In this document: in pieces, positions 38,770-47,853 of the stretch | How positions within the stretch are numbered: position 1 is the first letter of the stretch | Layout: the number at the start of each line of letters is the position of its first letter | Assembly (NCBI GenBank): GCA_963722075.1 | Contig: CAVRJM010000001.1 | Coordinates: 1,088,001-1,152,000, forward strand | Direction of reading: 5' to 3' | Length of the DNA stretch: 64,000 nucleotides | DNA from: Candidatus Babeliales bacterium | Lineage (GTDB): Bacteria; Babelota; Babeliae; Babelales; JANWKD01 | Made by a program: the position numbers and the translations under genes | The notes under the pieces: model-generated | What the model was told of the DNA's origin: nothing | Databases searched by the model: none | What the model saw: the letters and a program-made list of their open reading frames with translations, nothing else

Positions 38770-40296
38770 ATGAAAAAGATTTTAATCAGTGCTAATCCCT
38801 GGCAAACCAAAGTGGCTGTCACCCGAGATGGTCAGTTACAAAATATCTATTTTGCCTCCCATGCCAAACAAACCTTAGAACGTTCATTTTTTAAGGGTAA
38901 AATTATTAAAGTATTACCAGGCATTCAGACCGCTTTTGTTGATATTGGCCAAGAAAAAGCAGGATTCTTGCATATTTCTGAAATCGACCGCGAGCTTGCT
39001 ATGCGCCGCGTTAGCAACCTTGAAATGGATGATGTTCCGGCTGAATCGGACGAAGAAGTTGCTTTAGCTCCCGTAAAGTACCAGCAGCCCTTAGATATTA
39101 GTAAAATATTAAAAGAGGGTGAACCAATTTTAGTACAGGTCAGCAAGGAGCCTGTTTATGAAAAAGGCGCAAAGCTTACCACGTGCTTCACCTTACCCGG
39201 TAGATTTATTGTTTTAATGCCTAATATTCCTCGCATTGCCATTTCAAAAAAAATTGAAGATCGCGATGAACGCATACGCCTTAAAGAGATACTCAGTAAA
39301 AATTTACCTGAAGGAATGGGTGCTATTATTCGAACCACCTCAGAGCATCGCACTGAACAAGAAATTGTTCAGGATATCGAGTTTTTAGCGAGTACCTGGA
39401 ATCATATTGTTAAGCGTTATCAAGAAGCACAACCACAAGAGAAAATTTACGAAGATCTGCCACTTTCCTTACAAATAGTTCGCGATCATTTAGATAACGA
39501 TGTGGAAGCAGTCATTAGCGATAATCAGCAAAACCAACAAGAAATTTATAAATTTGTTAAAAAAATTGCTCCCGAATATAGCTATAAAATTCAGTATTAT
39601 AGCGGTCAGCAGGATATTTTTGAAAAATACGAAATCGAACCACAATTACAGCAAGCACTTTCAGAAAAGGTACATCTCAAATCGGGCGGCTCTATTATTA
39701 TAGAAACCACCCAAGCTATGACGGTAATTGACGTTAATACCGGTCGCTATATTGGTAAAACTGATTTAGAAGAAACGATTTTAAAAACAAATCTTGAGGC
39801 AGCTGAAGAAGTTACGCGCCAATTACGTTTACGTAATATAGGTGGCCTTATTGTTATTGATTTTATCGATATGGCTTCTCCTGCTAACCGTCAAAAACTA
39901 TTCAAATTCTTTGAACGCATGCTCAAAGAACGCGATAAGTTTCAATCAGTAGTGCTTAAAATTACTGAATTTGGACTCGTGCAAATGACCCGTAAACGGT
40001 CGGGAAAAACATTACTGCAAGAATTGACGCACGCATGCCCTACGTGCAAAGGACTTGGGTATATTAAAACTATTCAGACTATTTGCTATACGATTTTGCC
40101 TAAAATTAAGCAGGAATTATATCATTATAAAAATAAGCATATCATCATTAAATGCGCTATGCCCGTATTTGATTACATGGTACATACTGAATACAATTCT
40201 ATCTTACAATTTGAGCGCGATTTTAAATCTCATATTACCTTAGAAGGTAAAGAGGATATGCCGCTTAATGAGTACGTGATTGAAGAAAAGAAGTGA
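38770..40296 (+). CDS. rng: Ribonuclease G (Rne/Rng family)
   Basis: S1 domain AFVDIG, IDVNTG, RLRNIGGLIVIDFIDM and CPTCKG motifs. Confidence 0.93.
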   Translation: MKKILISANPWQTKVAVTRDGQLQNIYFASHAKQTLERSFFKGKIIKVLPGIQTAFVDIGQEKAGFLHISEIDRELAMRRVSNLEMDDVPAESDEEVALAPVKYQQPLDISKILKEGEPILVQVSKEPVYEKGAKLTTCFTLPGRFIVLMPNIPRIAISKKIEDRDERIRLKEILSKNLPEGMGAIIRTTSEHRTEQEIVQDIEFLASTWNHIVKRYQEAQPQEKIYEDLPLSLQIVRDHLDNDVEAVISDNQQNQQEIYKFVKKIAPEYSYKIQYYSGQQDIFEKYEIEPQLQQALSEKVHLKSGGSIIIETTQAMTVIDVNTGRYIGKTDLEETILKTNLEAAEEVTRQLRLRNIGGLIVIDFIDMASPANRQKLFKFFERMLKERDKFQSVVLKITEFGLVQMTRKRSGKTLLQELTHACPTCKGLGYIKTIQTICYTILPKIKQELYHYKNKHIIIKCAMPVFDYMVHTEYNSILQFERDFKSHITLEGKEDMPLNEYVIEEKK

Positions 40297-40681
40297 TAGT
40301 TTTTCCAACTTTACCAACAACAATAATAACACCTGCTAATCCTGCTGATAATACTACCCCCGCACCTACTGAAAATGTTAGAATACGCGCAAAATCGACA
40401 GCAGATCCTATTGGAGTGCGTTGTGTTCTTGTATAAGAAGCATGAGAATTTATTGGTGGAAAGTGATCAGAGTAATTTGATAATTTAAAAGTAGTTATTG
40501 TGCGAAATTTTTCAATTATTTTGTTGGATAAAACAATACCAAAAATAGTTTCTGCAGGTCTAGTAGTCTCTTTTTCGCCTATTATTATCTCTTGCCTTTT
40601 CCATTTTGTTTTTTTGACAGCAAAAGAAGAGAAAGGTAAGAACAAGCCAAATAAAATGAGCGCTAAGCAAATCTTTTTCAT
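40265..40681 (-). CDS. Secreted protein with C-terminal TM helix (tandem family member)
   Basis: Signal peptide, shared ATGGAG leader and C-terminal hydrophobic helix. Confidence 0.65.
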   Translation of the reverse strand: MKKICLALILFGLFLPFSSFAVKKTKWKRQEIIIGEKETTRPAETIFGIVLSNKIIEKFRTITTFKLSNYSDHFPPINSHASYTRTQRTPIGSAVDFARILTFSVGAGVVLSAGLAGVIIVVGKVGKTITSFLQSRTH

Positions 40682-40700
40682 AAAAAACTCCATTTAATAA

Positions 40701-40839
40701 CTGGATCCTCACGTCGCTCACGCTCCTCAGGATGACAAATAACTCAAAATGTTATTCCGATCCAGCCCTCGCTCAAAGAGCTTCGACGGACAAGGCGCTT
40801 ACCTCGTCGAAGTTTTAATGTAGACGGGTGGGAATCCAG
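40701..40839. repeat. Palindromic repeat units with nested second-class hairpins
   Basis: CTGGATCCTCACGTCGCTCACGCTCCTCAGGATGACA (almost identical to 55335) followed by GTTATTCC-[insert]-GGAATCCAG. Confidence 0.85.
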
Positions 40840-40840
40840 A

Positions 40841-41323
40841 TTATTTACTTTGACTAAACCAATCACCTAAAGCGCCATATTGATACTGCCAGTAACCATA
40901 TCCCCCAAATGCGCCAATCAATGCTGCAACTGTCGTTGCACACAATCCTTTAAAGAGCGGCGAAAAGGTCGTATACCTATACCCAGCTGCGGCCAAATCG
41001 ATTTGCCAAGCAGTGGCAGTCGGATTAGTAGCAGTAGGATTTTGAACCAGTCCAAACTGAGAATTATTGATACTACAATTTCTAGCCATCAACATTCCAA
41101 GCACCCTTACACTGTAATTAACTTTTACAGAATAGTTTTCTTGCTGATTAACAAAGATACTTCCAGAATTTGGTACCTCCTTTGCAAAAATCTGTGGGTA
41201 AGCCCATTTACGAGCCTCACGATATTGTTTTGGCCCTTGCACATAATTTCGAATTGCTTCCATCGTATAATTTGATGAAATAAAACTCATAGATAATATT
41301 AATGCAAATACGATTCTTTTCAT
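40841..41323 (-). CDS. Secreted protein with C-terminal TM helix (tandem family member)
   Basis: Signal peptide followed by MEA; C-terminal TM. Confidence 0.65.
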   Translation of the reverse strand: MKRIVFALILSMSFISSNYTMEAIRNYVQGPKQYREARKWAYPQIFAKEVPNSGSIFVNQQENYSVKVNYSVRVLGMLMARNCSINNSQFGLVQNPTATNPTATAWQIDLAAAGYRYTTFSPLFKGLCATTVAALIGAFGGYGYWQYQYGALGDWFSQSK

Positions 41324-41335
41324 TTTAATCTCCAT

Positions 41336-41821
41336 TTAATAACCACCAAAATGACCATAATCCCATTGAGTACCAGGAGTTGATTCAACAACGGTAGGCT
41401 TAGAATAAATTTTACGTGCCAAGTTTTCTGCCATTTTTAAGGCAGAAGAAACAATTGATGAATTTCTTGCTGCGTACAATCCCAATCCAGTAGCTACTGC
41501 TCCAAAAAGCACTTTAGCCCGTAAAGTCCAATGCGGCAAACCAATTTTGATATTACTATACGTGGGATCAACTTTCTCGGCGCCAAGGTAACAACCGATC
41601 ATTTTTTCTTTTAATACCACCGGTTTCGTTTTCAATACAAACCCTAAAAATGTGCTTTCTGGCACATCACCTTCATAGGTTTTAATTTTATCAATGAGAT
41701 TTTCTTTCGTTGTACACGTACCGTATTTTTTAACATATGCTTTTTGGTAATCTGTAAGCATGCCATAGGAAAAACTGATAACCGAACTTAAGACAAGAAA
41801 TAAAAAAATATACTTGTTCAT
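41336..41821 (-). CDS. Secreted protein with TM helix, ends HFGGY (tandem family member)
   Basis: N-terminus KYIFLFLVLSS and C-terminus HFGGY are shared with 41833..42489. Confidence 0.7.
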   Translation of the reverse strand: MNKYIFLFLVLSSVISFSYGMLTDYQKAYVKKYGTCTTKENLIDKIKTYEGDVPESTFLGFVLKTKPVVLKEKMIGCYLGAEKVDPTYSNIKIGLPHWTLRAKVLFGAVATGLGLYAARNSSIVSSALKMAENLARKIYSKPTVVESTPGTQWDYGHFGGY

Positions 41822-41832
41822 AAAAACTCCAT

Positions 41833-42489
41833 TTAATAACCACCAAAGTGAAAGTAATCCGAATTGCTAGACACTGACGATGTGACCGTTTTAGTTAAAG
41901 GCGCTGACGACTTTGAAAATAACCCCTTTAATCCGTTTACTAATTTTTCTCCAACTGAACTTTTATAAAGGCATCCTAGCCCTAATGCGCATGCAGCTCC
42001 CAGTAATAATTTTGTTTTTAAACACCAATGACTCAAGTAAATATGTTCAACCAAATAGTGCTTATCTTGTATCCATCGGTTATTTTCTTTAGTAAATCGT
42101 TCGCTAAATGATATTGGCTTTACAGACCATACTAAACCAAAAAAACGTGTGCAGGGAGTATCATATTTATAGGTACGAATCTGTGATCCATCTTTTTCAT
42201 TCTCTATTGAGCAAACACCATGCTGTCTTATAAATTCTTTTACTTCAGGAGAAAATGTTCTAAAACTATCTAGATTCATACGGAGGTTATTAATACTCAT
42301 TCCATTTAATAATCGAGATGAATCATTTTGCCAACCATTTGAATTATTGTTGCTTAAAAAACAATTATTGAAGGTAACGTCAACCGTTTGATCATCGAAT
42401 TGTATATTAGCTTTGCCATCCAATTGCATACTAAATGAATAAGAAATGGGAGAACTTAAGACAAGAAATAAAAAAATATACTTTTTCAT
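41833..42489 (-). CDS. Secreted protein with TM helix, ends HFGGY (tandem family member)
   Basis: Shares HG/YG.C, I.TY..D.P...F.G.V...KP and HW.L..K.L.GA motifs with 41336..41821. Confidence 0.7.
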   Translation of the reverse strand: MKKYIFLFLVLSSPISYSFSMQLDGKANIQFDDQTVDVTFNNCFLSNNNSNGWQNDSSRLLNGMSINNLRMNLDSFRTFSPEVKEFIRQHGVCSIENEKDGSQIRTYKYDTPCTRFFGLVWSVKPISFSERFTKENNRWIQDKHYLVEHIYLSHWCLKTKLLLGAACALGLGCLYKSSVGEKLVNGLKGLFSKSSAPLTKTVTSSVSSNSDYFHFGGY

Positions 42490-42632
42490 AAAAAACTCCA
42501 TTTTAAAAAAGAATTACTTCTATAAAAAAGTATATTAAATAATAACAAAATGTCAATTACAAATGCTTATGTAGCGCTTATTAATTGACAAGTAGAAAAC
42601 TTTACAAAGAAATTAAATAAGCTAATTAAAGC

Positions 42633-42839
42633 TTATTTTTTCTTCTTTCTAAGCATCGGTAAACCGGTACGTTTATTCTCAGTTACTTCATACCCAGCAG
42701 GCAATTCATTAATAGCATCCTTAGTCGCTTCGCCCCCAAAATAATAAATGCGTTGCTTACGGCCGCCCGCTAATTTTACTTCTTTAGAGTGCAAATAGTA
42801 GGTTTTTCCACTTTTTTTAGATTTTACGCTATATGGCAT
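42633..42839 (-). CDS. Small basic conserved hypothetical protein
   Basis: MPY..KSKKSGKTYYLH...IYYF...LPAGYEV.EN.RTGLP; AAGGA RBS. Confidence 0.7.
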   Translation of the reverse strand: MPYSVKSKKSGKTYYLHSKEVKLAGGRKQRIYYFGGEATKDAINELPAGYEVTENKRTGLPMLRKKKK

Positions 42840-43003
42840 GATTAATCCTTTATTAGCATACATTTAACACTATCATTATTTAACCTTAATAGATAAATTT
42901 AAGAAAATCTAGAATTTGCTATTTTTTTCACATTGAGGCCCTCGTTTGTGGTTATTAAATAATTCAATTTGATAATTTTTGCGAAAGTTGTATACTGATA
43001 TAT

Positions 43004-44263
43004 ATGGAAAAAAAAACCCCTCTTTTACCTTTATTACCGGGCGTATATCTCTTTAAAAAAGATAACGAAATTTTGTACGTGGGTAAGGCAAAATGCCTTA
43101 AAAAACGGGTGCAGTCTTATTTTCAAAAACAGCATACCGATTGGAAAATAGATTCGCTTATAAAAGAATATACACACATCGATCACATAATTACCCATAG
43201 CGAAATGGAAGCACTACTGTTAGAAGCCCAATTAATTCGCGATAATAAACCTTCTTATAATGTGCTTCTTAAAAGCGGTCAGCCATTTTTATATATTTTA
43301 TTTACTAATACTGATCCGCGACAAATTGTTTTAGTGCGTAATAAAAAGAAGAAGGGAATTTATTTTGGACCTTTCTTGCGCAAATTACAAGCACGCAGCG
43401 CGTATGCCTATATAATGAAAACATTTAAATTGACCATGTGTACCGCTAAAATAGAAAACGGCTGCTTGAATTATCATTTAGGTATATGTGCAGGAAACTG
43501 TATGTCCACTTTTGATCTTGAAGGATACCGCTTACGCATTGAACTGGCATTAGATTTGTTACAAGGGCATTATAAAGAATCATTAAAAAAGTTAACCGCA
43601 CAAATAAAAACGTATACCCAACAACTAGAATTTGAAAAAGCACGCACCATTCATTATTATGTGCAAAATCTTGAATCGATTTTTGAAACGTTAAAAACAA
43701 AATTTTCTGAAAAAAAATATGAGCGAGAAATCTTCTTAACAACAGCGCCTATTGATAAAAAATTAATACAAGATCCGCACATGGCACGTAAAATTCAAGA
43801 AGTGCTTCAGCTTCAAAAAGCACCCATTACCATAGATTGTTTTGATATTTCCCATTTTCAAAGTAGTTATATGGTTGGTTCTTCAATTCGTTTTAAAAAT
43901 GGTATCCCCGATAAAAATAATTTTAGGCGCTTTAAAATCAAAACATTAACGCAACAAAACGATTATGCAGCGCTGCAAGAAATTGTAACGCGACGATATA
44001 AAAATCCTGCAGATATTCCAGACCTTATTCTCATTGATGGCGGTAAAGGGCAACTGAATGCTATTACTGCATTATTTCCTGATTGCCAAGTAGTGAGCTT
44101 AGCAAAGCGAGATGAGCTTATTTTTGGGCCTCATTTGAGTGAACCAATACCTATTACTACTGCTCAAGAAGCAGGAAGGCTCTTAATTGCCTTACGCGAT
44201 TATGCACATCATTTTGCAATAACCTATCACAAGTTACTGCGCAATAAGCATGCTATTGAGTAA
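43004..44263 (+). CDS. uvrC: Excinuclease ABC subunit C (no C-terminal HhH domain)
   Basis: PGVY..YVGKAK GIY-YIG domain, CFDISH, PDLILIDGGKGQL and LRDYAHHFA motifs. Confidence 0.92.
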   Translation: MEKKTPLLPLLPGVYLFKKDNEILYVGKAKCLKKRVQSYFQKQHTDWKIDSLIKEYTHIDHIITHSEMEALLLEAQLIRDNKPSYNVLLKSGQPFLYILFTNTDPRQIVLVRNKKKKGIYFGPFLRKLQARSAYAYIMKTFKLTMCTAKIENGCLNYHLGICAGNCMSTFDLEGYRLRIELALDLLQGHYKESLKKLTAQIKTYTQQLEFEKARTIHYYVQNLESIFETLKTKFSEKKYEREIFLTTAPIDKKLIQDPHMARKIQEVLQLQKAPITIDCFDISHFQSSYMVGSSIRFKNGIPDKNNFRRFKIKTLTQQNDYAALQEIVTRRYKNPADIPDLILIDGGKGQLNAITALFPDCQVVSLAKRDELIFGPHLSEPIPITTAQEAGRLLIALRDYAHHFAITYHKLLRNKHAIE

Positions 44264-44270
44264 AAATATT

Positions 44271-45233
44271 TTAATCTTTTTTCTCATATTGCTTTGTTCT
44301 TGATTCGGCTGCACGGCAAAATGGACATACTACTGTTGCTCGAGCTGATCCTGCTTTTAAGCTTTCCCAACAGGTTTTACAAATACATTTTTTACAACCA
44401 GTAGTAATAAATTGCTCGCCTTTTTCTATTTCTTCAAAGCAAATAGGGCATTCTAATTCTTCAGTTTCTTCCTCTTCTCCTTCAGTTTTCTGTTGGGGCT
44501 GCTGCGGTAACTGCTGAGGCTGCACTTGTGGTTGTGGGTACGGAATTTGTCGGGGTGGCACTTGTTGGTGTCGATGCTTAGCTTCTATATCAATCAACTG
44601 TTGTATTAAATCATAAATTTCTTCCATTCGATGCTCATAATATCTTATTTGAGCGTTGTTATCCCATTCATAGTGAATCGGAGTTAAATAAGTTACCATT
44701 TCATCTTCAGGAAGAGGCTCTCGCGCATCTATTTTGAATAAAAGTACTACTTTATCACGATTCAATTTATTAATAATATTTTTAATTCGAGGATCAAAGT
44801 CAATTGGAAAATGCCCATTCCTCTCTAATTGATCAACTAATTTATAAATCTCCTTTATCTCAGTAGGTAAGTTAATTTTTGCTTGTGATGCGGGAGACAA
44901 ATTAAATAAACCTTCTATGTCTCTTAAGGCATACTTAACATCCCAGGACTCCATTTCAATATTATGTTGCAAATAGGATCTTAATATATCCTTAACATTT
45001 TTTAACAAGGTGATTGCTTGTTGCTCAACCTGAGTCAGTTTTACAGGAATTTGTGGTGGCATATATGATAATGTGGGTGGCCCTAAAGGTGATACCGGTG
45101 GCTTGCCCGATAGTGCATCTTCCAGCTCAGTAAGCCGATTTTTTAAATCATTAAGATCATTTACTAACTGAGCGTTACTATTTAACATCATAACTAAAAA
45201 AAATAATATTACAGAAAAATGGCCTTTTTTCAT
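44271..45233 (-). CDS. Secreted RING-finger protein (putative E3 ligase effector)
   Basis: Signal peptide, PQ-rich linker and C-terminal CPIC...CKKCICKTC...CPFCR. Confidence 0.8.
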   Translation of the reverse strand: MKKGHFSVILFFLVMMLNSNAQLVNDLNDLKNRLTELEDALSGKPPVSPLGPPTLSYMPPQIPVKLTQVEQQAITLLKNVKDILRSYLQHNIEMESWDVKYALRDIEGLFNLSPASQAKINLPTEIKEIYKLVDQLERNGHFPIDFDPRIKNIINKLNRDKVVLLFKIDAREPLPEDEMVTYLTPIHYEWDNNAQIRYYEHRMEEIYDLIQQLIDIEAKHRHQQVPPRQIPYPQPQVQPQQLPQQPQQKTEGEEEETEELECPICFEEIEKGEQFITTGCKKCICKTCWESLKAGSARATVVCPFCRAAESRTKQYEKKD

Positions 45234-45249
45234 TTTTATCCTTTATTTT

Positions 45250-46396
45250 CAGGACTTACGCATTGGTCGAAAGTTCTGATTGGGACTTGAAATAAATAAA
45301 AAAGGGTGCTTCAATTTTGTGAATTAAACAACAAAAGCAAAAAAGAAGGACACCCGAAATGAGAATAACAAATACAAATGAAGAATCAAGCACACCAAAA
45401 TATGTAATGGGTTTATTAAAAACAACGGCACGAAAAGTTTGCACAAATATTTCTGAAACACTGGGAATAATGCATGATGTGCTCAATAGGGAAGTTGAAA
45501 AAGCAGCCCAGAATGCAGCAGAAATAACAAGCTCATTACAAAATGTTGCTCTAGAAAGTCTTAGCAATTGCGAAAGATATTTGATAATCGATGATACTCC
45601 CGTAAATAAGCAATATGCTAACGATATTGAAGGATTAGAAATTGTTTATGATAGTAGTGAGAAAAGATCAGCTTTGGGATTACGGTCTGTAATTGGCATG
45701 ATCACTGATACCAGAGTAAGAATACCGATTGATGCGGAGATTATGATAAGCAAAGTATTTGGAGAAACCAATTACAAGACAAAAAGTGAAATTGCTTACA
45801 TTATTATAGAGCGTGTTCTAGGATCAATTCGGTTTAATTGGTTAATTGCAGATGCCCATTATGCGACTGAATACCTTCTGCCAAAGCTTTTTAACAGGTC
45901 AATAAAATTTCTGATGAAAATTCCCAGAAATCGCGTTGTTACTATTAACAATAAAACAGGACAATTGCAAAAAATTTTACGTTTGAAAAAAAATAACAGA
46001 TTTGCTTGTGGATACGGCACTATTTTTGGTCTTTCCTGTTATTTCTATGTGTTAAAAATTGATAAGGAAAAAATTATGTATCTTATCAGTAGCCATCAGC
46101 TCGGCAAAGAGAAGCTAATTTCTACATATAAGATTCGTTGGCAAATTGAATGCTTCAATAGAACTGCCAAACAACTTCTTGGATTCAGCGAATGCCAAAT
46201 GCGTTCTTTTAACATGCAGCGTGCGCATTTACTTTTCGTGTTATGGGCTTATGCTTTAGCCGACATAAGGCGGGTAAAAGATAATTTCGACAATACTGAA
46301 CAAGCTGTCAGATCCTTTCGGGTCGCAAAACCCCCTACACCATCTAGTTTATTTTATGCTTTTGAAGAGAACTCTTATGCTCTTGCGTAAGTCCTG
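45250..46396 (+). mobile_element. IS701/IS4-superfamily insertion sequence
   Basis: Perfect 13-bp TIR CAGGACTTACGCA / TGCGTAAGTCCTG and a 7-bp direct repeat TTATTTT on both sides. Confidence 0.9.
45359..46390 (+). CDS. DDE transposase (IS701-like)
   Basis: LIIDDT, IADAHY and YKIRWQIECFNRTAKQLLG motifs. Confidence 0.88.
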   Translation: MRITNTNEESSTPKYVMGLLKTTARKVCTNISETLGIMHDVLNREVEKAAQNAAEITSSLQNVALESLSNCERYLIIDDTPVNKQYANDIEGLEIVYDSSEKRSALGLRSVIGMITDTRVRIPIDAEIMISKVFGETNYKTKSEIAYIIIERVLGSIRFNWLIADAHYATEYLLPKLFNRSIKFLMKIPRNRVVTINNKTGQLQKILRLKKNNRFACGYGTIFGLSCYFYVLKIDKEKIMYLISSHQLGKEKLISTYKIRWQIECFNRTAKQLLGFSECQMRSFNMQRAHLLFVLWAYALADIRRVKDNFDNTEQAVRSFRVAKPPTPSSLFYAFEENSYALA

Positions 46397-46490
46397 TTAT
46401 TTTTTATATTTCTTTTTTTGATAATGAAAAAAAATATTGATACATTGCAACTATTTTTTTAATACTAATAAAAATCTATAAGGATAAATT

Positions 46491-47516
46491 ATGGTATTTC
46501 ATATTATATATTGTTGTTTTTTTGCTTTTCTTCCCCTTCTATGCCAACCGCCCAAACTTCTCAATTGTGGTGCCACCTGTTATTTAAATGCAGCCACTCA
46601 AGCACTCTTGGCTATTAATCCGCTTAAAAATTTTTTACAATTAAATCCAAATGTTTATGCCCGAGGGTCGTTTGAAAATTCATTTCAACAATTAATAACT
46701 GCTGCGCCGCCGCTTGGCTTACCAAATCGTCAATTAATGAATACCTATGCAAAACAAGGCGCGAATATTATTGCCGGGTTATCACAAGGCAATCCCCTTG
46801 GTCAACAAGATGCATCGGAATTTTTAGGAGAGGTACTTGACCGGTTACGTACCAAGGGAAGAGAAGATAAAGAAAAAACGATTCGTCAATTTCTGAGTAA
46901 CATAATGGGTATACTTATTTATTCACAAATTGAATGCCCTCTTTCAGAATCACAATCTTATATTGCATCAAAACATACTAGCACTACGTATTATCTTTCA
47001 TTGCCAGTAAAAACAGCTTATGAGTTGCGTTCACTTGAAGAATGTTTATATGAATACTTCCAACCAGAACAGATTGAATTTAATGACCAAGAATGCAGGA
47101 AAACCAGCCAATTAGAGCACATTTCTTCTATTTTTATGGTGAGCTTAAGTAGGTATATTTTTGACATTGAAACACTAGAGGCTAAAAAATTAAGTCATTC
47201 TATACACGTTCCACTTACTTTCGATGTGCAACCATATTTAATACAAAAGCAAAATCATAATTTATATAAACTCATCGCATGCGTTGTGCATCATGGAACA
47301 GCAGCAGGAGGTCATTATGTTGCCTGTGTAAAATATGATAACCAGTGGTATCTTTGCGATGATACAACCATAACTAAGATCACTAAAAAAAAAGTAAAAC
47401 AATATGCCTCAATGGGATATATTTATATTTATGAACAAGAATCGTATACTACTATTAAAAAACAACTTGCTCATTTGAAACGAAGATTGAAAAGATTGTT
47501 AAGTCAGCTTCGCTGA
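46491..47516 (+). CDS. Secreted ubiquitin-specific protease (peptidase C19/USP)
   Basis: Cys box LLNCGATCYLNA, QQDASEFL, His box HHGTAAGGHYVA and WYLCDD. Confidence 0.9.
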   Translation: MVFHIIYCCFFAFLPLLCQPPKLLNCGATCYLNAATQALLAINPLKNFLQLNPNVYARGSFENSFQQLITAAPPLGLPNRQLMNTYAKQGANIIAGLSQGNPLGQQDASEFLGEVLDRLRTKGREDKEKTIRQFLSNIMGILIYSQIECPLSESQSYIASKHTSTTYYLSLPVKTAYELRSLEECLYEYFQPEQIEFNDQECRKTSQLEHISSIFMVSLSRYIFDIETLEAKKLSHSIHVPLTFDVQPYLIQKQNHNLYKLIACVVHHGTAAGGHYVACVKYDNQWYLCDDTTITKITKKKVKQYASMGYIYIYEQESYTTIKKQLAHLKRRLKRLLSQLR

Positions 47517-47550
47517 GCTTTTGAATGTAAAAATGAAATAATTTATTTGC

Positions 47551-47759
47551 TGGATCCTCACGGTGCTACGCACCTCAGGATGACATTCGTTAACCTGTCA
47601 CTCTGAGGCCGTTATACCGTAGGAATCCAATTATAGAATTAATTCATTATTGTCATCACGAGCTTGCGTGGTGATCCATTAATAAAATTCATTACCTCTA
47701 TTTGTAGCCTGGATTGCTTCGTAAGCCATGTCCGCCGAAGCCCCTGGATCGCAACGACA
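47551..47759. repeat. Cluster of four palindromic repeat units
   Basis: TGGATCCTCACG..CTCAGGATGACA; TGTCACTCTGAG..GGAATCCA; TGTCATCACGAG..GTGATCCA; CTGGATTGCTTCG..CGCAACGACA. Confidence 0.85.
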
Positions 47760-47853
47760 AACAATTGTAAATTTAATTTCTTTAAACACAGTATTTCTTG
47801 TATAGAGAACAAAGATTTAAAATTAAATAAAGATATAAACAAAGTGACTTCTT

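Noticed and set aside
43004..44263. uvrC as a pseudogene because it lacks the HhH tail
   Set aside because: The ORF is clean with both nuclease domains and ends just before a convergent gene; short UvrC forms are plausible in reduced genomes.
47760..47853. CIRCE/HrcA operator upstream of clpB
   Set aside because: No TTAGCACTC-N9-GAGTGCTAA match is visible.
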